Positions 53,208 through 64,000 of a stretch of 64,000 nucleotides of DNA are shown in pieces. The stretch is from Octopus vulgaris. Lineage: Eukaryota. The notes beneath the pieces were generated by a model. That model saw nothing but the letters and a program-made list of their open reading frames with translations, was not told the origin of the DNA and ran no database searches. Where the stretch lies: assembly GCA_951406725.2 (NCBI GenBank), contig OX597823.1:38254001-38318000 (forward strand). The letters are read 5' to 3'. A program made the position numbers and the translations under genes. Numbering within the stretch: position 1 is the stretch's first letter; every line of letters begins with the position of its first letter.

Positions 53208-53869
53208 TAGATATGTTGTAAAGACATTTCATAGAGATAAAACAACAGTTTAGCTCATACAAAAATGTGAAAAATGTGTCTATTTTTTAAGGAAAGATCA
53301 ATCACAAATGTTGTTTGTTATGAAAATAATGGAAAAGCTCTCAAGGGAAACTTCAACAACAAATAGCTGCATCATTATGTACATGTCATTCTGCATAGGT
53401 GAGTTATTGTGAGAAGTATAGAGTTCTTTTCATAGTCAAACAATTCTACAATTCATGCAGACACACACATATCCACAAAAAAAAAATGGTTTGAAAAATA
53501 TATAAAATCCAAACACACCACACCCAAAACATGGCACTGCATTAGTAACAGAGCTAAGTGCATACACAGAGTGATATATTTCTATTTTTATAGAAATACG
53601 GGTTTTTTCTCTCAGACAATGTTGAAAGCTGCTTAGCATAGGTCAAAGACTGATGGTTAGATTTGTTTTGTAATGAAAGTTAGCAAGATTTTAAGATATT
53701 CCCTAAATACATCAACTGGCACTTGACTCTTGAAGCTGAAATTTTAGATTATAACATCTTAATAAATACCCTGGCACAGATATCGAATATTCTCCTTCTT
53801 ATCTACTATATTACCACAATTATACATATATATCTTTTATCTTTTGTCTTTATATATATATAATTTTTT

Positions 53870-54260
53870 GTCTTTTATCTGTTTCAATTATTAGATTGAG
53901 GTCATGCTGGGGCACTACCTTGAAGAATTTTTAGTCGAATGGATTGACCTCAGTACTTATTTTTAAGTCTGGTACTTATTCTATTGTCTCTTTTTGTCGA
54001 ACTGCAAAGTTACAGGGATGTAAATAAACCAAGCGGTGATGGGGGACAAACACAGACACAAAGACACTTCCCCCACACACATACACACAACCACACACAT
54101 ATGATGGGCTTCTTTCAGTTTCTGTCCACCAAATCCAGTCACAAGGCTTTGGTTGGTCTGAGACTATAGTAGAAGACACTTGCCCAAGGTGCCTCACCAC
54201 TGGACTGAACCTGGAACCATGTGGTTGGGAAGCAATGATTCTAATTACACATCCATGCCT
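53870..54260 (-). mobile_element. SINE family A
   Basis: Reverse complement of the family A tail, body and head. Confidence 0.85.
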
Positions 54261-54369
54261 AGACCTATATAAATATACATATGCATACACACACACACAC
54301 ACAGATACACATATATATTCTCTTTCATTTAGTTCTCCATTAGTTTTGTCCAGAAGCTGTGGCCATGCT

Positions 54370-54815
54370 GGGGCATTGCCATCAGCATTAATGCTTGTTT
54401 ATTTTGGCCTTTTTTTCCGGACCTAGCTCTGGAATTGGCCCTGAAGTAGTGATCTGGACAGAGCTGCCCATCTTTACATTTCTTGCTGTGATAGGGGTTT
54501 TTGAGGTATCTCAAAAAAGAATTTGTCTAAATGTTCTATGAACACATCCTGTCTATTTCTTGTATATCTCTGAGGTCTTTTAGTATTGAAAAGTTGCAGT
54601 CCTTTGAACTGTAAGCTGTTAGAATATATGCTGGATTGAGAGGGTGAGATTTTTGGTACTATGCAGTGACATCCAGTCTGGTTATTGGTATAGATTTCAA
54701 TTCCAAAGTTGGATGCTACACCTTGTAGGACCTTCCGTGGATATATAACTGCATATCTTTCACTTTCTATTTCTAGGGAGTAGAACCTCAGTCCTTTTAG
54801 CCTGCTCCAAGTAAC
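54370..54815 (-). mobile_element. CR1-group LINE 3' remnant
   Basis: RLKGLRFYSLE...RYAVIY..KVLQG...NFGI...KGLQLFN. Confidence 0.6.
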
Positions 54816-55659
54816 TCACCTGTTGCCACAAGGCAATCTTCTTGGTGTTGTGGCATTGATTGCCTTAAGTTCTGCTTCTGAAGTTAGGTTAATGCTTACA
54901 CCACCACACCCACCATCATCATTTAATGTCCTTTTTCCATGCTGGCATGAGTTGCATGATTTGTCAGGAGCTGGCAAGTGGGCCACCCTTCCTAACACCA
55001 ACCACTTTACAGAGTATACTGGGTACTTTTAACATGGCATCAGCACCAGTATCGGTTCTGCTGTGGTAAATGGGTCTTCTTGAGTACAGCAACTTACTAG
55101 GTATCTTGGTCCTTTGCCATCTTCATAAGGCTCAGTGTCTTGAGATTGGCCTTCAGTACTTTATCCCATATCTTCCTGGGTCCCTTCTTTCACAAGTTCC
55201 ATCTTTCACAAGTTCCACTTTAAGTGATAAAGTCTTCTGTATGCAACTGCTTACATCCATACGCATCCTTTATTGCTGAGCATTTTCTCTCAGATATCCA
55301 GTTCTTGGGTGCAGTCTGTCTAAGAGTGTCTTAATTTCAAGGCTGCTCTATCAAATCAATTCTGGTACTTATAGTGAAGCAGGATATGCATGCAACTTGA
55401 GGTCCCTCTAATATGCCTCACTATTTTGTGATATTTAGTGGCATCTAAGAGCTAACATCATTGGTGATCCTCAATTTTCAATCACATGATATTTATACAT
55501 TTGAGAACTCTAATATTTTGATGTTATTTTGAAAAATACTTTCTGAAATTTTGAAAGATACTTTCTGTCCAACAGACAACAGGTGGTATGGAATAAACAA
55601 GTGAGAGCAAAATCTCCTTTCTAACATATTTTCTGGTGTTTATGAAACTAATTAAATAT

Positions 55660-55830
55660 AAGTCTATGGGTCCAATATGCATCCAAGTTGTTTCATGATT
55701 ATTCATTTGTTGGAAAAATGAGTTTGTAACAGAAAAGTCAAGTTCATTATAAAAAGACAGCAGATGCTGTACATTGTTAATCAATCTAACCACACCATGT
55801 TTGCCAATCACATCAGACTGATTCTCATAA
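55660..55830 (-). mobile_element. RTE apurinic endonuclease remnant
   Basis: IGKHGV....N..HLLSF....VTNSFFQQ....TTWMH matches the RTE endonuclease pattern. Confidence 0.65.
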
Positions 55831-56495
55831 CTAGAACCTAGTTTAATACAGAGGTATTAAAGCCACCAAGCAGTAGGAACTTTGTTATTAGGTGGGTTTT
55901 TTTTTTGTGTATGTGTGAAACGACAAACAGTAAACTACCATTAAAAAAATGTCTACATTGAATAAACTGAGTTTTCCACCCTCAGATCTAACTTCTATGT
56001 CACAATAAATAACTTTTATGTCACAATAAATTTTCTACCTCACCTTATCCAGTAGAACATGTAGATTTCTAGTATTTCTCCTTCTTTGACTGCCAAGAAA
56101 ACAAGTTTCACTGAGAGCAGCATTATTAATACTATATTTGATTAAGACTTGTGAGACAAGAGTCTTCTTCCTCTCAAACCAGAAAGCATCATCTTAAAGA
56201 GTTGGCATATTCCAAGACCCAACATTCAATTGCTTCTAGCAGTTTACTTAGAATCTTTTAGAGTATTTCATCATCGTCGTTATTGCTGTCGCTGTCATCG
56301 TTGTTGTCACTATCACCATCACTGTTGGTGATGGCAGTACTGTCACTGTTGCTGTTGCTTGTCGCTATTGCTGTTGCCATTGTTATCACCGTTGCTATTG
56401 CTATTGCTGTCGCCATCTCTATTGCTGTTGCCACTGCTACCCCCTCTGCTGCTGCCTTTGCTGCTCTTGTCATCGTCATCATCATCATCATTTAA

Positions 56496-56716
56496 CCCTT
56501 TAGCATTTAAACCGGCCATATCCGGGCAAAAGTATTCTACCTGTTTTATGTTCAAACTTACCAGATCTGGTCTCTCACACCAACCCTACAATATCGTTTT
56601 AAAAATTAACAGCTACCTCATCAAAATCTCATAGCTACAAGATAATGCATGATTAATTCAAAACAATGTGGATAAAAAAGCATTAGTTCTGGCAGAATAA
56701 TGTGAACACTAAAGGG
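56496..56716 (+). mobile_element. piggyBac-type MITE inserted in the TTAA of a family D tail
   Basis: TTAA|ccctttagcatt...aacactaaaggg|TTAA; removing it restores catcatttaaagtctgcttttcatgctggcatggg. Confidence 0.9.
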
Positions 56717-57361
56717 TTAAAGTCTGCTTTTCATGCTGGCATGGGTAGGATGGTTCAACAGGATCTAGTGAACTAAAGGACTGCATCAAGCTCCCATGTC
56801 TGCTTTGGTATTTCAACTGCGGGATGCCCTTTCTAACATCAACTGCTTTACAGTGTATATCAGTGTATGTATGTCAGGGTAGTGGATGCGCGGTCATAGG
56901 ATCGTGGTTTTGATTCCAGGCATTGTGAGTGTTTATTGAGCAAAAAGACCTAAAGCTCCATGCATGTGTGTGTGTGTATACAGTAAGATAATAAAATGGT
57001 TAGAATGCAGCAGCAAGAATTTTGGAGAAAGTGTAATTTGAGAAGATGTAATTGATGTTGTTGTTGTTGTTAAGCAACAAGATGGGTAAGGGTGATTAGG
57101 TGATGGTCTAGGGCTTAGGGGCGGGAGACCCCAGACCTTGGAAAAAAAACTTTGGTTGTCTTGTTGTAGTTGAGGGGGCTCTTTGTTGACACCCGACATC
57201 ACTGGGAGGTGTCCCTCGAAGTTGCTAGAAATGGAGATCTCCAGGTCCAAATTCTTGAACGGCAGATGTAATTGATGGAGCACAATGTCTCATGTGCAAG
57301 CTTTCTACGTATGTATCTATCTTTCTATCTATCTATCTATACACATACATACATATATATT

Positions 57362-57845
<484 letters not shown>

Positions 57846-59050
57846 TATACAGTAGGTACAAATGAAAGAAAATTGCTCTCAACACATGGGAATTAAAAGT
57901 AGTTATTTGCAGGTTGACTTTACTCCTCATTATTTAGAGTTTCATAGACACAGATCAATACTGAAGCTCTCAGATGCTTAACGACAAGGTGAGAATATAT
58001 AAAAATGGCTTCTAAATGGGAATAAATAGGGTCCAACACAGATCACTCTAGCTTATGTGAATAAATCGGCAATACAGCAACAGATAATCCTGTTTGTGGT
58101 TCCATGTGATAGGGAGAACAGTCTAATAATGCCAACCACTTGACAACCTATGGGTATTTCCAACTTAATGACTTTGGTTAAGAATGAGATGTATGTCTGC
58201 TGTTCTATATAGCAGAGTTTTTTTATCTTTGTATGTTAGATATATAATGTATTGAAACTGGTGGGGAAAGAAAGTACTTACATGATGCAATACTATTACT
58301 ATTACACCAGACTCAACACTCTGAACCATGGCACACAGTGAACTGCTTACCAACTTGAACTGCCAATTGCTCACAGTTCTTTAATTTATAACAATGAGTC
58401 AGTCCACCTTTAGTCACTTGAGGGATGATCAGAATCCTTCCATAACACAAAGTAACAAGTCAGGTGTTGTCAGGTTATTTATAAGTGTATAAGAAATGTT
58501 ACATGAAAATTTAGGCCTGCTGTGTCGGGTTACTGGATGATGCTTCTGTGACTAGGTTTTAGGTCTGGTAGGCCACTATGATGGTCAGCAGAAAGGGGAC
58601 TAATCTCACTATGAGCAAGCAGGACTTCTTTACAATGCAATTTGATAAGGGCCAGCTAGATTTATGATGATTTTTCTGCTTTATCAGCAGCCAATAGTTT
58701 ACATGGCAACAATTTAATAGATTAGTTTTCTTGATGATGAATAGTGTTGGCAGCTGCAGTATATGCAGTTCCTCACAGAGCTAGAGATGGTTATTAGAAG
58801 CTTCAAGTGAGGAAGGCAGCTCTCTGTCAAGGTGTTCTATGTAATTTTGGAGAAGTCATTTTCAAGGAGTTTCTAGATGAAGGAAAGATGGAATTTTCCC
58901 TATCCCTGTATCAGAAGGAGTGCCTATGTAGTGTAAATCTTCCTTTGAAATTACTAGCTGTTATGCTTGGAAATTTTGTTATAATATCATCAGATTGTGT
59001 GAGGATATTTCTTTGTATCATGATCTTTGAATAGTAGGATGCTCATGGTG

Positions 59051-59236
59051 CAGTGCTGCACAACGGGTATGCTGTGACACACTGGTGAGTCACGAGACGG
59101 TGTTAGGTGTGCTGCAGTGTAATATAAATTTAATTTTTTCCTCTATACTTTTAGTTATATTTTTAGTTCAGGTGTGCTGCCATATTTTGAAAAGAATATA
59201 AGTGTACTGCAAGGGAAAAAAAGTTGCGGAGCACTG
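59051..59236. mobile_element. hAT-type MITE
   Basis: TIRs cagtgctgcacaac / gttgcggagcactg; degenerate 8-bp TSD tcatggtg / tcataatg. Confidence 0.7.
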
Positions 59237-60206
59237 TCATAATGGACAGCAGGTAGATTTTGGAAGTCACAGGCTTGGGAAAAAAGTGGAGTCTCTGTGA
59301 GTGGGTGTATTTTTTCTGTAGTAGTGTGTGATTTTGGAAGCAATATTATCTAGGTTTGAATAGCCAACTTTGAGATTATGAACATTAAAAGTTTGCAGTA
59401 TATATAGGTGTTTGGAAAATGCTGCCTAATTTGGATAAAAGAAACTTCGAGCTTTATTTGTAGATAAACCTTAGAATGAATAGAGGATTCAATCAGATTA
59501 ATTCTCCTTCGAACTCATTTTGGGTCTGGGCAGGTGGGTTGAGGATATGTGTGTATGTGTAAATATACATGTATACATACACACATACATGTCATCATCA
59601 TCATCATCATCATCCTTTAATGTCTGTTTTTATTGTTGGCATGGGTCCAGTGGTTCAGCAGAAGCTAGTGAGCCAGAGGACTGTGCCAAGTTCCAATGTC
59701 TGAGTTGGCATGGTTTCTATGCCAGTCACTTTACAGAGTGTACTGGGTGCTAATTACATGCAAAGTCACCAAGTAACTTGCAAGACAAAACTCTCCAACT
59801 GAGTGGGTGTAGTATTTATTAAGGGAGGTGGCTTTATGCTGGGTGATGAGAGGTTAAAGGGATAGATACAGGTATCTTGCTGTAGAGGAGCTACATGGGC
59901 ACCTTATCTGGAAAAGAGCTGGGATGATGGTGAAGATGTGCCATAGTTGTACAAATTGTCAAAGTCTATGTCATTTTATATACACAGTAGGGGAGAATCA
60001 GGCCAGCCACCTATGGTGCTGTGTATGTCTTTCAATGTGTGTTTCATTGTCATATTACCACTAGAAGGGTTGTGGAGGCCCTTAAAAGTCACTTCTACCC
60101 TAAATCAGTTCTTACTGCCTCCCATCCCTACAGGCCCATTGCCAACTTTGGTGCTTCAGAATATTCTGGGTGGGCACTAATTTGTAATAATACTAAAGCA
60201 AAGTAT

Positions 60207-60392
60207 AAGGCAGTGAGTGGGCAGAATCATTAGCTCACTGGGCAAAATGTTTAGCAGCATTTCATCCATCATTATGTCCTGAGTTCAAATTCTGCCAAGG
60301 TTGACCTTACATGTCATCCTTTAGGATTTTGATAAAATAAGTACCAGTTGATCACTAGGGTTGCTGGCCTTGTGCCAAAATTTGAAATCAAT
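60207..60392 (+). mobile_element. SINE family B
   Basis: aaggcagtgagtgggcagaatcattagc...gagttcaaattc. Confidence 0.8.
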
Positions 60393-60778
60393 AATAAAGT
60401 GGAGTTTTGAAATAAGCGTATCACTGTAAATCTGAGGGCGCACCTTTGAATAAATGAGGGGGTAGTGCTGTCCAGTGTACTCATTAAGCCACAGGCACCT
60501 CTTGACAGGTAACCAGTAATGTGGGTAGCAGAGTTCAAGTGTCACTTGTGTACGATCCATTTTAGCATAATTTCTATAGCTGAATACTGTTTTTCTTATT
60601 AACCTCTTTAATGAGTGTAATGGATAAATTTCCTTGTGTTCTCAGTACTGAAGTTGTCTCATGGGAAGAAGACTACAGACTCCTCTGTATCCTGAATTTC
60701 AAGGTTATACATATAGGCATACATACATACATACATACATACATACATACATACATACAAACATACATACATACATAA

Positions 60779-60809
<31 letters not shown>

Positions 60810-60882
60810 CATACATGTGTTGGTGTATGTAATGCAAACACACATGTGCATACAAACCACTATATACATATATGTGTATATA

Positions 60883-61087
60883 TATATATGGTGTGTTGTG
60901 AATTTATGGAAAGAAATCCCATAAAACTCAACAATTTAGTTAAAAGTGGAGAAGAGAAGATGTTAAAATATATAAGAGAATTTTAAAATTCTCTTATATA
61001 TTTTAACACCTTCTCCTCTCTATTTTTTGTCAAAATTGTTGAGTTTTATGGGATTTCTTTCCATAAATTCACAACACACCATATATA
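60883..61087. repeat. ~205-bp loopless palindrome (partial second copy at 61829-61974)
   Basis: Centre gagaatttt|aaaattctc; arms ggtgtgttgtgaatttatggaaagaaatcccataaaactcaacaattt and its reverse complement. Confidence 0.92.
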
Positions 61088-61185
61088 AGTATTATTGTCA
61101 TATTCGCAATTTTATGCCATTAAGCTACCAGCAAAATATGAAGAATCTATATTGGAAACCTCCAAATTAAAGGACAAATCTAATT

Positions 61186-61236
<51 letters not shown>

Positions 61237-61548
61237 TAATTGTATAGGGTACAATTATACTGAAGGGTACAGGAAGTTACTGTGCCTATATGCTGAAAGA
61301 AGATGCCGAATTCGTCCCACCACTTTACATGTTTACTCCACATATACACTTTATCCTGTAATTATGTTTAGATATAACCCATTCACTTTGGGTCAGTTTA
61401 TTTACCTCTGTAATATTCTGACCAAATGCACACATGCTGAGGTGGATTGTGAAATTCGATGCGTATATATGTGTGACTATTTGTATGTACTTGCATTTTG
61501 CATGTGCTTTTTTGTGGGTATGTATAAATATTTTCGTTTATTTTGCTT

Positions 61549-61615
61549 AGTATGTTCTGCTGATGAAGGAAGAGTTATCAAACTAATCCAGAAATTGATC
61601 TATCCAAAACTAACT
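61549..61615 (+). ncRNA. Decayed type I hammerhead ribozyme
   Basis: CUGAUGA 61560-66, GGA/UCC stem II, GAAA 61591-94, near-palindromic AUUGAUCUAU, AUC ending 61604; stem I pairs 8 of 11. Confidence 0.6.
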
Positions 61616-61784
61616 GAATTATTTTATGAATTTTTAGTCAGTCTACTTTCTCGCTTTCAACCTGTGTGTATTTGTGGAGTGAACATATATATCTATATAT
61701 GTATTTTACCTAAAAGGTTTTTATATGATGGCCACTAATAAAATTCATTAATTTTAATGATTTTATCCTGTAATTATGTTTAAA

Positions 61785-61826
<42 letters not shown>

Positions 61827-62159
61827 AAATATGGTGTATTGTGAATTTATGGGAAGAAATCCCATAAAATCCTCAACTAATTTTGATAAAAATGGAGAAG
61901 AGAAGGTGTTAAATATATAAGAGAATTTTAAAATTCTCTTACATATTTAACAACCTTCTCCTCTATTTTTATCAGGTCATTCGAAGTTTTCTTTCTTCAG
62001 TCAAGCACCAGATTATCCTCACAATTTTGACTGATTATACTTAAGATTGCTCCAATCTGGCCAGCTCCAAGGAAAAACTAAGCTAAAGAGCATTAGATTC
62101 CTTGGAAGAAAGCAGCAAATGTATACAAAAACAAGGATGGAAAGAAAAGGGTGGGAAAC

Positions 62160-63355
62160 ATGACAGAAATAAATCACTATAAAGTAAATCATCACGATGT
62201 TTATTTTAACTTGTAAAGGTTAATATTTTTTATTGATTGACATTTTAAAGTTTCAGGTTCTATGTGTAACTGTTTAATCATGCCATGAACAAAAGAAGCC
62301 TTGGAACCGACTGAATTTCAAAGAGGCCGTATTGTGGGTCATTCTGAAGGTGGACTTAGTGTAAAATTGCAGAAAACCTTCAGATTCTGCTTTCTACAGT
62401 TAATTGTGATTGTGCAATTCACTAGAGAAGGGAAGGAGTTCACATTACTTTGCTCAGGTTGACCAAGGTCCTCTGACAGGACCCTTCACTTTGTTAAGAG
62501 TAATGTGGAGGATATTCCTTATTGCAAGGCCTCTGGCATAGCAGAACAAGTTGATGTCAGTCCCAGAACAGCTGTCAGGTATCTCCACAAACATGGCTAC
62601 TATGGCAGAGCAACAAGAAGGAAGCGACTTCTTCAACTAACCAAAATCAAGTAGAGAAAAGATTTGGCCAGTGAGATGGTGGAGAAGCCACTAGCATTTT
62701 GGGACACTCATATTCTCTGATGAGTCCAGATTTGCTATATTTTCTGATAGTGGTTGAGTATGGGTCTGGAGATTCTGTGATCAAGAATTTGATGTGAAAA
62801 GATTGTAGCCAACAATGAAACACCGGTGGCTATTTTGTGATAGGATGGGGAGCAATTTGGAGTAATGATCAATCAGAGCTGGTGGAGTCTGAGGGAAACA
62901 GACAAATGTGTACATATTACAGAAAGGACTCCTTCCAATCTTCTCCAGTAGTGAAATGATTAAAGAAGACTCTTTATTTATGGAATATGGGGTCCTTGTT
63001 ACATGGCTAAAAAGACCAAGCTTCCATGGCCAAGCCTGTCATCAGATATGAACACTATTGTGCACCTCTGAGGCATAATGGACAGGAACTTTGTAAAAAG
63101 AACATAAAAGCATCCTCAAAGTCAGATCTTTTGAGATTACTGAATGAAACTTGGTAAGAAATTCCTCAAGAGAATATTCATCAATTGATCAGTATTATGC
63201 CTAATAGGGTCCTTGCATAGAAAAATATCAAGAGCATATCTACTAAATATTAGATATTCACATTATAATAATATATTAATAATTTTAATGTATAATTTCA
63301 GATTTAAATACATTTTAACGATTATAAGGGTGTCTACTTACTTCTGTCATGTGTG
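62160..63355 (+). mobile_element. Tc1 (DD34E) element, pseudogenised
   Basis: EFQRGRIVG, HKHGYYGRA, IFSDESRF, LPWPSLSSDMNTIVHL; TIR-like catgacagaaata / tacttctgtcatg. Confidence 0.9.
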
Positions 63356-63437
63356 TGTGTGTGTGTGTATGAATATATGTATAGAAATGTGTTTGCAAAA
63401 GGAGGAAAAAATGTACTCATACTACGTGTATGAATCG

Positions 63438-63477
<40 letters not shown>

Positions 63478-63756
63478 GTCTATCTATTTAGCTAGCTATA
63501 TTTAATTTATATTTATATGTATATATTTGTAGAAACAAGTGCATGAATGTATGTGTATAGACAGACAGACAGACATAGATAAATTGACAACAAGTGGCAT
63601 CGAAATTGTGAAAAGGTTTCTAAGTAATGATATGGAGAGAGAGAGAGAGAATTTTTCCCCTTTATATTGACCATATGAAACATAAACAACCCAAATCACT
63701 GATTTGGCGTATTTTTATTACCTCGGCCATTCCTCAATAGGAAATGTTAAAGGTTG

Positions 63757-63801
<45 letters not shown>

Positions 63802-64000
63802 GTGTGTCAGCCCTTGTGGCCAATAAAAAGAATTAATTATTATTATTACTACTACATTCACCTGTAGCTTTCTTCCTACTTGTCCTTCAAGTTTATTTAT
63901 ATACACCCTGTTATTTCAACTGTGTTATTTCACCCACGCAATTTTATTCCAAGTTGTCAATCAGGACATTAGACAAAAATGTGTTGTGTATGTGTATGTT

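Noticed and set aside
62715-62735. CTGATGAG motif
   Set aside because: It encodes the FSDES motif of the Tc1 transposase; no hammerhead fold

Overview
Eukaryotic, AT-rich, microsatellite-saturated DNA. No intact host gene could be identified, so the window is probably intronic or intergenic. The SINE and microsatellite makeup resembles a coleoid cephalopod (Octopus-like) genome, which is an inference. It is a mosaic of decayed transposons: three tRNA-derived SINE families and an RTE-related non-autonomous family, RTE, CR1-like and R4/Dong-like LINE fragments, mariner, Tc1 and DD37D/maT elements, piggyBac-type and hAT MITEs, and a Helitron. Almost all listed ORFs are microsatellite or TE artefacts. 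The standout is a young, non-coding element at 36456-37280 sitting in (TA)n. It carries two complete type I hammerhead ribozyme folds exactly 492 nt apart plus an inverted 5' arm, i.e. a Penelope-type/retrozyme-like unit. A second, decayed hammerhead element lies near 61.5 kb. Other oddities are an inverted mariner-plus-flank duplication, a templated fold-back insertion inside a SINE, a same-strand stack of TAA-associated RLE LINEs and a 48-bp target-site duplication. Boundaries of degraded elements are approximate and were read by eye.
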